Positions 1-14,043 of a stretch of 64,000 bases of DNA are shown here, piece by piece. The notes under the pieces were generated by a model that did no database searches, had not been told where the DNA came from, and saw only the letters and a list, made by a program, of their open reading frames with translations. A program made the translations under genes and the position numbers. This stretch comes from Kondoa subrosea. Its lineage: Eukaryota. The stretch spans positions 868,001 through 932,000 of the forward strand of contig BCIN01000003.1 in the NCBI GenBank assembly GCA_039545335.1, given 5' to 3'. Each line of letters begins with the position of its first letter. The first letter of the stretch is position 1.

Positions 1-1103
1 AGAAGATGTGAAGAGAGGTTATGTAGATTCGTTCGAGCTGAATCGGCTAAACCTTGCTTGAGATGATTCAGGGAGCATTGGATGGCTGTTACACTCAGAT
101 GAGAAAGGGATGTTGAGTAGATAAAAGGACGGCTGTAGTTTATGAGGTAGTTGCGAATAGATGGATGAGCCAGAACAACAGCTGTGTTCGTGTCTGCATA
201 AGCGCGCGAAGAAAAAGAAGCATAGAAGCTGACCTCCTCCACATGACATCGCCTTGCCAAAGGTATGTAAGCGAATGAAGATCTTATCCTCAAGCCCATA
301 TTGCGCTACAAGTCCTCGTCCGCATTTGCCATAAAGACCTGGTTAAGCAATATGGTTAGGAATCTCAAGATATTATAGAAAATATGTGACTAACCAGTGG
401 AATGCGCTTCATCCACAATCAAATGAACATTTTTGTAATTGGAAACAGCGTCAACCAATTCCACCAGCGGCGCCAAGTCGCCGTCCATGCTATACAGACT
501 TTCAACAGAGACGAATACATCTGCTTTGCCTTGTCGCAGCCGTTCTGACTCTTCTGTCTTGTTTGCGAATAAGGTTTCAAGTTGAGAAGATAGATCGGAT
601 ATTGAATTGTGCTGGAATGGTATTCTTCTTTTGCACTTTGATTGTCTCATCTACTAGCGGATAATAGTCGGCTCATATTCGGTGTACTTAAAGGGAAGAG
701 GAGCTACACCGTCATGCACACTCGCGTGAATAAACTCATCGTACAGCAATACATCATGTTCAGATAGTAAGAAGGAGAAGATCGAGACGTTTGCATCGAA
801 GCCAGAGTTGAAGAGTAAACCCGATTGACCGCCAAAGAATTCGCAGAGTTCAGCTTCTACTCGAGCATGAGCTGAAGAATTACCGTCCAATAGGCGAGAA
901 GAAGCCGGACCATAGATTGGCGAGGATTCATCAGAGGTCGATAGAGCAGCTATGAGTTGCTGCTTGAGTTGCAGTGACTTGGAGAGCGAGAGATAGTCAT
1001 TCGACGAGAAGTCAACCAAATTTGTGTCAGGCAAAGTCAGCTGTCGAAGCAGTGATCGAGTTTTCCGACTGGCGAGGCTCTGCTCTATTCTGTCCAGCAG
1101 CAT
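1..1103 (-). CDS. bioF: 8-amino-7-oxononanoate synthase (BioF-like, PLP class II aminotransferase); 3' end runs off the window
   Basis: Motifs VDFSSNDYLSL, SSRLLDGNS, LLFNSGFDAN, YDEFIHASVHDG, VESLYSMDGD, VDEAHSTG and HTFGKAM across spliced exons. Likely ATG at 1103 (MLLDRIEQ). Confidence 0.88.
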
Positions 1104-1216
1104 CCAAGGCTCAGTGACCGTTGCTGAACAAACACCGAAGATATTTTGAAATCCGGTGTTCACTAAGACTGCCATTCATCGCTGTCTAGGCTGGGCTCCT
1201 TCGACCAACAGCAAGC

Positions 1217-2488
1217 ATGGCGCACACCAATGGAATCGCCCATCAAGAGACCGCAACCGTGAGTTCTCTCGCAGCCCATCCGATAAAGATCTGAGTAATC
1301 AATGAACGATTGCGTTTTGTTGCCAGTCTTTGGTCTTACAAGCAATCTCAATTCTCACTCTAGGCATCGTCCCTAAAGATTCTCTCACGTCACGCAAATC
1401 AAACTCTGAGCTTATCTGCTCCATTCAAAACTTACTCTCTACTTCCCTTGATCCCTCTTCTTCTTCCTCATCACCTCCTCTATCTCCCGAAGAATCCGAT
1501 GCATCAGAGGAGTCAACAGCACCAGAGCCTGACTACGCTTTCGATTCAGCTTCCAAAACTCTGCATATCCCTAATCCTGAATCAATTGATCGATCAGATT
1601 ATGCATCAGAAGAAAGATCTTCAATTGATCTCACAGTCAAATTCTGGTATCTCTCTGCCAAAGAAGATAAAAATGCAACTCAAGCTTCAAAATCTTTGGA
1701 TCCAAATTGCGTGAAACAAGCTTTAGGGATATTGAAAACTACAACGGGTTTGAATAGTGTGGATACTTTGATCTTGCAATTACCTAAATTACATTACGAT
1801 GATGTGGAGGCTGGAGAAGAAGAGGAAGAAGAATTGATAAATAATGTTCGAAGATTATATACCGTCAGTTTGATTGATCGTCATCAGCTTGAAGTTGATT
1901 GAAGGACACTCGAATCTGACAGACTATCAGCACATCACCTGAAATCAATTCAATGGGCTTATCGGAATTCTCTTTACCTCGATTGCAAAGACTGTACAAA
2001 CACAAAGACGAGTTGCAACCACCACCAAGAGTCAATCAAGTCAATTTAAGGGATTGTTGTTCTGTTCAGCAAGACTTGGTTGACTTTGCAAAGAAGGAAC
2101 AACTAGAGTTGCTCACTCATTCAGATTGCTCTGGTTCGTCCTTCTATGGAATTGCTCTTCATTAGCGATTTGATTGATGAAGTTGAAAACAGATGTATTG
2201 ACGGACGCTACTTTCATCTCTATGCTTCAAGAAATGAAGGATAAGTTGCCTGCTGAGCTCGTCTCGGCTTTGAATGCAGAGAAACCGCTTCATGCTAGAT
2301 GGGTCATCAAGGTGCGATTGCCTCTCTACCGCTGATTATTCAGTTTATGAAGCAATGATATGTCCAGTACACTGTATTGCTCAAAGAGAGGAGCTTAGTT
2401 GCAGATAAGGGGTGAGCGCTATTCACTTCTCGTCAGCATTCAGCTAACCTATTTTCGCTTTAGGTATATTGTATTTGCAAGCGCATGA
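1217..2488 (+). CDS. GCLM: Glutamate-cysteine ligase regulatory (modifier) subunit, aldo-keto-reductase-like
   Basis: Spliced product contains IDLTVKFWY, GLSEFS, PRVNQVNLRDCC, LLTHSD and the C-terminus RWVIKYTVLLKERSLVADKGYIV, typical of fungal GCLM. Confidence 0.8.
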
Positions 2489-2648
2489 GAAATAGTGATG
2501 CAATGCACTCAATATAGGCACAGTGTCTCTTTGTACTTCAGGCGGGCACAGAGTGCCTCATCAAGAAACCAAACTAATCATGCATACATTGTTCCCTTAA
2601 TCTAAACTGAACTCTTTATGTACATTTCCCTTATCGCGCCTTTACCCC

Positions 2649-5600
2649 TCACTTCTTAGCTACACAAACAGAGATAGCTACTCCCTCAGCATGTGAGATG
2701 CTCAACTCGAACCCGGTGATGCCATGTTCTTTCGCAACAGTTTCCGCTTGACCGTGAAGTTGAACGCCAGGGATACCATTGTTTGAAGTAACTTCAATAT
2801 CTTTCATTGCTGCTCCACCACCACGAGAAGAGGTCTTGAGAGCTTTGAAAACAGCCTAAACAGTTACTTCATCAATAAACAACTCATGCGCGGGAGCTGG
2901 TCGAAAAAGTACCTCTTTAGCTGACCAGCGACCTGCCAAACTTGCTGCAAAGTCGGAAGCAGACTTGCAGTACGACAATTCACTTTCAGTGAAATTACGT
3001 TCCAAGAAGTTTTCGTTTTCTGATGGAACGGAAGAAATGAGTTCCACATCAGTGCCGACAGCAAAGACGTTTGTAGCCTTGGAGGCAATGGCCGCTGCGG
3101 CGGAGGCGACATTTTCTGAGATTGGAACAGCTGAAGGTAAGGATTTAGCTGTGAAAGAGTAAGAGCCAGCAGCATCTTGGCTTGCACGAGCCAGAGGGTT
3201 GAGAAGAACTTCTTGCTCGAGGTCGATAGTGTACTAAGGTATATCAAATTCAGCTCTGATCCTAAAATTGTTAGCAATGAACTCACAGGTGGAGCTTCTT
3301 TGAGCTGAATGAGGTTGCGCGAAACAAACATGTCGTTGAATTTGCTGTATGCGCCAAGAGCACGATCTGCTCGCTGAGCTGAGTAGGCACCGTAGGAAGT
3401 AGAATCGAGGCAAGCGATGAGGTAATCAGGATGCAGAATGAGACATTCTCCTCCGACTGTCCGGCGACTGTCAGCTTAGCCGGAAAACAACGGTAGCAAG
3501 ACGAACCTTGACCGAAACCGAAACTCTTGAGTAATCCAGCCTTGAGACCATCGGTCTGAATCGATCGAGATGGGTAGACAAGGAGTTCGAAAGCTTGAAG
3601 TTCTGGTCCAAGATTATCGTTGTTCCGGTTGCCGGGAATAAGACCAGACAAGATAGATTGAGTCATGCCGTTGAGCATCCACGCAGCTGCACCACCCTTT
3701 GGATGACCAGTGAGCCATTTCTGAGCAATGACAGGGCAAGCATTGCCTTTGCTTCGACCGAGATGCTATTTGATAAATATATTAGACAAGATCTCCATTC
3801 GATGAGAAAGACTGACCTGGAATTGTCTGTTGAATGCGCCACTCTCGTTCTTGTCATTGGCAACGGTAGATGTACCGTGGAACTGAGTCGCAATGTCAGA
3901 CAGAAATCATGTCCAAAAATGGAATATGCGTACTGAAGCCACGCCAATGTCATCAATAGTCAAACCCCAAACAGCCAAAGCGCGTCGCAAGGGAGCGATA
4001 GTAGGGTCGTGACCAGCTAACATGCCGTAGGTCGCCATAGCTTCCTTTTCTTGACGCTGCGCCTCGCTGTGAAGAGTTGAAAGCTTAGCCACCACGCTCG
4101 CATCAGCCATGTCTTGACCAGCGTCTTCGACTTCGGCCTTAAACAGCTCGGTTTCGTGATCAAGCCACTTTAGAAAGGTTAGCATTTGCCTACATCATAC
4201 ATCGCTGGCACAACTGACCTCGCTGATCTGTTTGCGACGGAACTCGAGTTGTCTCTTACGGTAAGAGATGTCAAGTGTAATGTTTGCGTTGCGCGAAGGG
4301 ATTTGACGAGCAGTGCTGACAACACCTTTACCAGGAGCAGGAACAGATCGACCAGCTTTGTCAGTTGCGGTAGCAGTGTATGCGACGATACCATCTGTCC
4401 CAAATTATTGTCAGATGACACCAAATAGATAGAGAGACTGCACTTACAGATAGGGCATCCCATCTTGATAGCAGTCGAAGCAGACATGAGAATGGAAGCA
4501 CCGCATCCTTGAGACTCCATGAAACCGGCACGAGTACTAGTTGTAGGTCGAGACATTTCGTTTGGCTCTCGTCCGCTGGCGAGTTCGGTTTCAGTGTTGC
4601 TTGTAGCCTTCATGTTTGCGCTAGGGAGCAGCTTCAGTCATCGTCTTGCACAGAAGCAGCAGGAAACTTACAATTCATAGCTTCCCTCTCTGCAAGCGAA
4701 TAAAGATGGTCAGTGAGTGACGGAGTTCAAATAATAGAGTGCTCACTCAGAGAAATCGTCGAAGCCACCCGCAATCATGACCTTGGCCTTTCCAGATCGG
4801 ATCGAATCGCATGCGATTTCCACTGACTGCAAAGCAGTAGCACAAGCACCAACGGGAATCTTGACTGGTCCGCTGGCTGATAGGAGAAGCAAGTTGACCC
4901 ATCCAGCAACAGTGCTGGTAAAGCTTTAGAAATATCTCAAGCGGAGTGCAAGGAGAAACTCACTTGATGAAAGTCTCTTGCAGAATGTCTTTTTGGATGT
5001 CGGCTTCCGCTCGTCTGTCTCTGAACATTTTCGACAAACTGCATATGAAAGTCAGTCATGCTACATGACGAATAGAAAAAACACCTACCTCTCCATTCCA
5101 CCCATACCTGAACCAAGGGCAGTACCGACTTCGGAAGGATGAATGAACTTGTATAATTCGTATGGATCGGTTACACCAGACATCATCAAAGCTTCAGCAA
5201 CGCAAACTAGAGCCCAAAGAGCAGTTCGGTCGACTTGATCGATGATATCTTGAGGAATACCATAAACCTTTGCGTCCCAACCGGTTGGCAATTGACCAGC
5301 AACAAGGCGATCGAATTTGACAGCTTTAGGTACGTGAATCTGAAGTACTGGTCAGCAAATGGCGTATTCTGGCGGCGGACAAAATACCTTGGCACCTTTC
5401 TTGAACTTGACAAACACTTTCTCGCCGTCGTCCCAAATATCAACCTTTGATGAGGATGAGCTACAGTATGCATTGTAGGCAGAGCACTGACTTTGTCTCC
5501 GTGTTCAAGCTTGAACTTGCTTGCCTCGGAAGCTGAAGATTCAATAGCCTCCAGGTCATGATTTAGTTCAATTTCTTGGGTGAATCCTTTGCGTTTTGGA

Positions 5601-8600
5601 TCGTAACCACGGAAGAGATCGGGTTCTATTTTACTGTAAGCCTAAGATAGACATGTACGATGTCGACTTACCGATCATGCGAATACCAGTGTGCTCAAGG
5701 ATGTGCTTCTCGTGCTTAGCTCTAACATCGGTTTCGTCAATCGGTTCTTGAGTCTTGGCATCAACCCATCCGACGTAGACTTTGCCATCTTTCAAACGAC
5801 CATCAAAGTGCTGAATCAAGCCCATAACGAAAGCCAATTCTAGAAGACCTTCGTTGGTGAGCGTTCCTTTGGCTTCCATTTCCCACCGTGTACGGGCAGA
5901 ACCCTGATTGAGAAAGTCAAGTCTGCTCGGAAGACAAGCAGAAGGTACATACGAATGGACCAACTTCAGCGAAACCAGTAATGACGACAACATCATCCAG
6001 ATCGACAACGCCGCGAAGCTTGCTCATCTCAGATGCTGAAAGATGTTCAAAGGACTTCATTTCAGGGAAGTTGAGGGTCAGATTGGCTCGCGGAGTGATG
6101 GGAATTGTCTTGTGAAGCGTTTCTGCATCGGTGCCATTCGTGACCGCGAAATCTCGACCATTATCTACACTGACAGCCTTGCGCGTAGCAGCTTCAGTGT
6201 TGATATCATTGCGGATCTAGACATAGGCTTAGCGATAACTATGGGGCGAGGTGAAGGGCTTACCCGTGCTGTCATGAGGTGAAGATCGTGGAGAGCGCCC
6301 ATACCACCGTTGACTTCAAGCGATCTCAGTACTGCACAACCGCAAGGAGACTTGGCTTACAATCAGCCCAAACAGGCTCAATTTGCGTCACATCGAACAT
6401 CAAAGGATGCATGAGACCCAAGATATTGAATGCCTAGGAGTATCTTGAGCAAAGGCCTCGAGGCGATTTATCTTGAACATACCATTTCTTTAGCGGAGAA
6501 GGTACGGCAACCTTGAGCCTCTACACCTTCTGATACCAAACTTGCAGCAGACATAAGACCAGTACCGCGGGTCCACTGTAATAAGACGTGTGAGCAATAG
6601 CACACAGAGCGCAAACGAAAGCTTACACCAATGATGGCTCCAGCCAGACACAAGTAGCTACCCCAAGACTCAGAAGCCCACCTATTGAATAGCGTTTCCA
6701 GCGAGATCTTGGATTCGGAATAGAGACCGTCATTGCCGAAGAGACCATGATTAGGCGAAAGAGGCAAAATGACTTGGGTAGGTCTGGTGATGAATCGTCT
6801 GCTTGCTTTCTTTGTCTTGACAGCGCCCAACAGACGAAGCAGATTGGTCAACATGATCCGATGAGCAAGTTCTGATCGATCATCGATGCCATCTATCTCG
6901 CGACCGTTCTCTGGAAGAGCAGCGAAAGGCAAGATGAAATCGAGATCCATGTTTAATCCATTGTTTGGATCAGCAGAGTAGATATATTCGACCAAAGCTT
7001 CAATATCTTGACGAGAACCACCATTGAACGGAACTACTGTCAATGAAGATCCACGACTACCGACTTCTTGATAGATGCCTTGATAATATTCGACGACAGA
7101 ACGAGAGTAGCGAGAAGTTGTAATGACCACCTTTGCACCACCAGCAAGCAAACCGCGAAGGATCTCTCCTGCGATTGATCCTCGGCCCACTCCTGTAAGC
7201 AGAGCGTTCTTGCCAGCGAAAGATGTTCCGGCGGTAGCAATATCTTTGAGTACGTCAAGATATAAGGAAGAGAGACGAGAAGAGTATTGCCATTCGGTTC
7301 CGACTTTTCTGCGGAGATGCAAGAGAGGAACTTTGTCATCTGCAACTTGAGTAGGTTCAATTTGCTTGGGACGCAAGAATTGAGAGCTTGGTCTTCTTGC
7401 TTTAGGACCGCTAGAAGACGTTGGCATACCGCCTGAAGAGCCCTTACCGAGAGAACGCGCCACTTCACCATAGAGAGCCTTAATTGCTTGCATGTGTTGT
7501 TTGGAAATCGATGGTTGTGCTTTCACCAGACGGTAAAGATCAGAGATAGAGTCATGAACTTTATCGAGATTCAAGCTTTGGGTGACCTTGGTACCAGCAG
7601 CCATTTCAGCAACATACTTCTCTAGGCGAGTGATCTTGGATCGTGCGACTTCAGCATAGACAATGTCACCAGTTGGACTGATAGTGACTTTCGGCGCAGT
7701 AGGAACAGTGACGTCTTTATAGACAGGAGGAGTACCAAGAACTTCCTCACAGTTTTGTAAAAGCATGTAACCGAATTCTTTGACAAGCTTGTAGTTCTCG
7801 CCTTGATCAGCAGAGACATGATCGAGGTGATATCGCATGTAATCAAGAAGAGCAGGGTCTGCTCTGTTCATGATAACCAGACAGCGGGCAGTGATGTCTC
7901 GATCGACTGTTGTCAAGCGACCAAAGATGATGTCGTAGAACATGCAGAGAGCATCTTGGCGAACCCAATTGAAAGCGCTGTTGAAGTGACGAGCTTTCAA
8001 AGGTTCGAAAGCAGGCTGAATTCCAGAAATGTAATCTTCACCGTGTTCGCGAAGAATGGAGTCGAGTTTTGCTTGCAACTCTTCAGTTTCGGCTTTTTGA
8101 GCATCCTTCTGACGGAAGCCATCCCGAGCATCTCGACCAAGGAAGCGATTGAGAGTCTCGACTTGCTGGCTAGCGAGATCGAGCTGTTTGCCTTGAAGAG
8201 CATCTAGAGCTTCGCTATCGATGACCATTCCGCCTCCGGCTGCTCCTCCACCAGCTGCTGCACCACCCGAAGATAAAGAGATGCCAGATTGCTGAGCGTA
8301 GGCTTGAGCGACGGAATCGAGCCAAGTTTTAGCTTCGGCTTCAGTACCAAGACGTTTTGCAGGTTCCATCGTGAGACCGACAAGCAGAGCACCGTCAATT
8401 CGACCAGAACCAAGGCCCCATTGTTTGCTCAGATGTCCCTTAGCAGCAGATAGACCGAAACCACCAGGAAGTTTAGCACCGACCATGCGAGAAATGAGAC
8501 CGCTAGTGTATTTGCCCAATGAACCCGAGTAGCCAACATTGAGAGCAGATCCTAATTCGTCCAAAGGCATTTCTTCACCCTTTTCGGGAGCAGAAGCGAA

Positions 8601-11600
8601 TTCAGCTTGAAGATCACCCAAGATCTCGTTCTGCAGAGTAGACTTTCCGCCAACCAAGTCTTTGATTGTCTTGCCCAGAGGAACTTCTCCAACAGGCTTC
8701 TTGAGCTTCTGTGCAATAATTACACGTAGGGTATCAACGGCTTTGAGAGGAACATCGTCAACTGAAGCAGCTGGACCGGCAGACGGAGCAGCTTGTGGTG
8801 GAGGAACAGCGGCTACCGGAGCAGCGACAGGAGCAGGAGCACTTGTGGCTGATGCGGGAGCAGGAGCGGGCTCAGCTTCGCCTTCAGCTTCGTCCTCGAA
8901 TTGATAGTAAACCTCTTTCTGGTTCTTTGAGATGCAGTAGATTTCTCTTCGAATGCCATTAGAGTTGTCTGAACCTTCATAACGAATCTTGAGAGTACGG
9001 TTAGCCATACCGGCAAGAGTAGGCGAAGGTCCAAATTCAATCAGACGTTCGAAATTGAATTCGGTGAATAAGCGGTTCTGAGTGTCGATCCATAAGACAG
9101 GAGAGGCGAATTGATAGGCAAGCAGTTCGACCAGGATGACATAACCAAGCTTTTGATGGTTTTCTTCAGAACCCCATTTCTCAGCTTCCCATGCTCCAAG
9201 TACTTTCTCGAGACGAGGTGAAGCAGTCTGATCATAAATAATTTGAGCGTATTCTTTGCTGATTTCGAAAGGTTTAGCGATCAAGTTAGGAATGTAGCGG
9301 CCGACCAAGAGCTCAGGACGAAGATCAGCAGGATTGATCTTCTTGGATAGATCTGTATGACAGTATTCAGTATAGATTGTTGCATCGATTTCAAACACTT
9401 ACAATTTCTGAAAGGTAGGACACCGGCCCAGAGATATCGAGAATGGAAAGGTACATCAATACCAGGTAAAGGGATAGTCTGAAAACGAGGTGAGCACAGA
9501 CAAGTAGATTCAATTAGAATGACTTACAGCAAAGCCACGTTCAAGCTTGATCCAGCCTTCTTTCTCATGAAGAGCTTTGCTGCCTTGCCAAACCTCATCA
9601 ATGATTTCGCCCAACTTCTCTTTGACTTCTTCTATCGTCATCATTTCCGTCAACTTGACTAAATCAATCTTTTGCATCTTCATGAAGTTGAGAACGTTGG
9701 TCAGGCAGTGTAATGCAACCAGTTCACCAGCCGCTACATATTGCTGGCCTTCAACGTCTGTGCGAGGTGTTTGGATGGTTAAGTCAGCAATCGGACATTT
9801 CGCCTATCTCTACAACGCACTGAAATTGACGATCTCTAACAAAGTATCTGTTCGTCTAGAAACAGCATCCACTACTTCCCTCAAAGCTTGCTCCGAGAAA
9901 GATTTCCCAATCCTTGAAGGGTTGATAGCGCACATTCCGTAAGAAGATCTGTTTTGCGAATCACGTTCCACAGCTCTTTGCATAGTAATACCACGATAGA
10001 AGACGACATCGACCAAAGCGGAAATAGGCAAGACATCAGCGATGGAAGCTAAAGCTGAGTATTCTCCCAAAGAATGTCCAGCGAAAGGGCATCCTTCTTG
10101 AACAAGTCCTCGAGCGCGGAGATCATCGAAAGCAGCTTTCTCAGTAACGACTAAAGCGATTTGAGCGAATTGAGTAGCAAAGAGTAAACCGGTCGGGGAA
10201 CTGAATGTATAGCGAGTGGAGCGAAGATCAATATCAGGGAAAAGAGGGAGTTCGCGGATGGTGCCGTCCTTGTCAGCTGTGAATGAGGTGTGTCACGGTA
10301 AGTGAAATGATACTCTTCCCTCTCACACATCACTCACCAGTGTGGTAGAAAAGATCCATGTATCTCTTTCTAATTGTTTGACCTTTGAGACCACCAAAAT
10401 GAACAGTAATTTCTTGAGGGTTATTCTTGACGATATCAATGATTGAGAAACCATAAACAGCACCCAAATGTTCATCAGCTTTATCCCAAACGTTCTTGGC
10501 AACGAGAGAAGTATTGTAAAGTTCCATACCCATGCCTTGTTCTTGAGAACCTTGACCAGTGAAAACATAAGCCGTTTGAGCTTGAGCTACTTCAGCTCTA
10601 CCCATCAATACTTTTTCACCACTCGCTACATTGACAGTAGTGACTTCGATCAATTTGTTGCCTTGATTTTGTCCAATGTGACGCAAGTTGACTTGTAAAG
10701 TAGCACCTGGAATCATCATGCCAGTGAAATTGGCTTCGAATTTGATAACTCTTTCAGGCTTGTTTTCCGCAGCTACCTGTTCTACATAGCGACGAGTTGC
10801 TGCTGAGCCCCACATGCCGTGAGTAATGGTAGCAGGTAAACCAGCATAATCGGCAAAGTATGGATTGACGTGAATTGGGTTGACATCGCCAGAAATGTTG
10901 CTATAATCCAAATTGCTTTCTGGAACTTGAATGATAGAAGGAGCAGAGGACGAAGTAAGGGTGTAAGGAGTTTCAAAGAGAACAGGTTGATCTAAAGGAG
11001 TTCCGTGACGTTTGAGGTATTCAAGTACAGGATTGCCTTTAGTAGGTCCGCTTGAAGAGTATGCGACTTCAGCAATTGGAGCAGGACCTTTGCGACCTTT
11101 GACTTCTTGAGAAGCTAGAGTGATGGAACCATTGCATTCGACAGAAGAATAGACATCTTTGGACTTGAAGCGGTATTCAGAAGTAGTACGGAATACTAGA
11201 GTAGTTCCAGCAGTCAAGAACACTTTCTCATCTTGTAAATCAAACCAATCTTTCGATTTCAGGACAGCAATGTCTTGGTTGGTCTTCAAAGTCAAAGAAT
11301 AAGTAGGGTCGACCTTTTTATCGAAAGTTGAAGAGAAATCTTCAAACTTGCCGCGGTAGAGGAAAGAAGAGTTGACTTCCATCACGGGAGTCTTTTCGTT
11401 GCTGGCTGAAGTCAAGAGGAAAATTGTTCCGTTGACCGCAACAGTTTTGCCAGAATCAGAGTTGGTGACGGAGACAATGCGAGAAGTAGAGGTGACTCGA
11501 TCGCCAACTTTGAGTACAGGAGCTCCAGGCAAGTAGTTGAAGCCGTTTGACAAATGCAAGAGCTTGAGGAGATCACCGTCGATAGAGCGAGGGAAGATGC

Positions 11601-12368
11601 CCTAAATATATCGCATGAATGCGCATCAGTGAGTGACTATAGTGAGACCTCGATTGCCTGACCTTCATCATAGACTGTACGTATCAAGGGTCAGTCAAAG
11701 CGCTGCATTGCCAACAAGTACAAGACCTACTTTCCAGCCCAACTTAATGGCAAAGTCCATAGGCACTTGCCAACCAGTAGCTTTACCCTTGTAGCTTTCT
11801 TGTTCATTGCCAACGACTGTCAACACCCGAATCGAGCCATTAGCACAAGGCGAATACTCTAGATCCTGACAATGCTGACCTTTGCAGAATTGCTCAATAT
11901 CCTCAGCGGAGATTGTGATTTCTTCTCCTTGGAACTCAGAGTCTGCTTGCAAGGAAGACATGCCTTGACCAGCTGAAGCTTCATCTGCATCTAAACCCCA
12001 AAGTTTCCAATAGTGTTGCTCTGTCATTGAATCCAGCTAAGCTTCTCACGCAGCATATAAGCAAGGTGTCTACTGACTGATACGTTCTGTTCTATCATCC
12101 ACAATCTCGCGAACTACAAGAACCCAACAAAAAAAAAAATGTGCATGAGCCTTGTGTTCTCAGCTCAATGAATGAGATGGAACGGACTTGGAGCAAATCC
12201 AGCGCTAGGTACATAGTCATACTGCAAGTGCAATGGCACAGGTTCCTTCAAATGTTCGCAATGCTCAAACAAAGTCAGATGAATCTTGCTTGAAGCAGCG
12301 TCGAAATTGAGCTCCAAAGCTTTTGGTAAAGAGTCCCAGTCAGTTTCATCGTATAAAGAGTTGTCCAT
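2649..12368 (-). CDS. FAS2: Fungal type I fatty acid synthase large subunit (DH-MPT-ACP-KR-KS-PPT), Rhodotorula-type Fas2
   Basis: [27 protein letters not shown] and [39 protein letters not shown] and KSFGFGQ; PPT GTDVE..WSAKE..SISH. Many short introns. Start MDNSLY at 12368, stop after VCVAKK. Confidence 0.95.
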
Positions 12369-12449
12369 CTTGATTTCGAAGATGCTACAAGGTGGAAAGA
12401 GAACAACCTTTGCATTTTCTGGGGTGCACTTCACTTCTCTCGACCGGCC

Positions 12450-13385
12450 ATGTCTTATAATGCATATTCCTACAATACCAGACGTGATCAGTATACCATC
12501 ATGAATAAGAAGATAGCAGGAGCAGCTGTCCGTCAACTGGCTGCTGAAACTGAGGCTCTATGTCAAGACCTGATAGGCCGCTACGATCTTACATTATCAG
12601 AGAAGGAGGTAAGTCTTAGTCCACAGTATCACACACAAATCACAAAAGCTAATGAAATACTCTCAGTTCCTGCTATACCAACGTGAGCAATGCAAAAATG
12701 TCATACAACATCATCACTGATCAGATGCTGTCTCTAGGCTTTCTTGGCTACCTAGTGGCCAAACCTGTCAAGAAGGTTAGTAACAGCCTTGATGATGCTC
12801 CCTCATACCAATTGAATACTTCTTTCTCTACAGGGCAAGTTATTTGCCGAAACAGTCAATTCGCCAATATTTGATCTGAGGAAGAAAGAGAATGGGACCT
12901 ATACCTTGATTACGGGTCGAGGAATTCACCAACTTGCAACAGAAATGAGGAATTCTCCTTACTTGCGGAATCAGCAGTCAGTTGAGGGAATGCACTTCAA
13001 GCTATTGCTAATCATTTACTATTCAGACGGCAAGATGTCGCTGGCCAGATTACAACCGTTGTTGATGTAAATCTTTTAACTTTCCTATATCTTCGCTTTC
13101 TTGACTCGAATTGCGCATGCAGATTGATGGCAATGAAGCAAGTCCTCCTCTTCTCAAACTCGGTCGAGCAAAGGATGGTCAGACTCTCAATCCAGCTGAT
13201 GGGGTCAGTCAACTAGCTGCCGAAGAGTTTGTGGAAAGAATAGCAATTCCAAGGTGAGTTTAATATTTTTTTTAAAAGACAGGATCGACTTCTCAAGTCA
13301 CTGTTCCAGCGCACAGTCCTTGTCATCAAACTTCGATATAACAATACCTCCGCCGTCATATCAATCTTTATATGGAACTGGTTGA
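12450..13385 (+). CDS. Hypothetical multi-exon protein, divergent from FAS2, with a C-terminal PPSY motif
   Basis: ATG at 12450 and several canonical GT..AG introns. Joined exons end ...IPPPSYQSLYGTG*. No family recognised. Confidence 0.45.
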
Positions 13386-13683
13386 AAGAAAGTTACCGAC
13401 GATCGATCTTCTCAGGTCGAGGGAAAGTGGAATGGGCACTTTTATTGCCAAGTCCTGTATCATTTGTATGTACTATATCATGTGTCCCGCAATTGTTGTA
13501 CTATAACAACCTGTAGCATTTCAATATCCAAAAGCCCTCATTGGCTCAATTGGCCTTGTGCCTTGCACCGGTCAATTCAAAGGAACCATGAACGTTTTCT
13601 CCTTCAATAGTAAAGAAGATGTCTATATCATTAGACGAATCAAGATCAAGCGCACAACGATGAAACAGCTGCGTAAGCTAATT

Positions 13684-14043
13684 ATGGCCGAATCTGACCG
13701 GATTTGGCTGGCATGTCATCGATCTGGTTTCTCACCTCGAGTTGCAGAGTGGGAGGTAAGACATAGAAGATCTCTCGTCTGTCAAATGTCCATACGCTGA
13801 CTTTCAGAATGTTCAGATTATCATCTTTGGCGGTATGCCAATTCCTCTAATTCATCACAATACCTGGAATCTCATTTGCCTGAACAGAGATTCTCTGGCA
13901 CATGTATTATCTGTGCTCTGAACCGAGATCAGTTTTGGATGTCAGTCTCTAGCTGCTATTTCAGAATCCTTGAGTCGAATAATTGCTCACAGGTCGATTC
14001 GCTACCTTCGGAGCATGAAAGTGATTTGCTTGTGCTTCAATAG
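13684..14043 (+). CDS. Small hypothetical spliced ORF
   Basis: MAESDRIWLACHRSG..., three ~50-nt GT..AG introns, in-frame join to TAG at 14041-14043. Confidence 0.3.
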
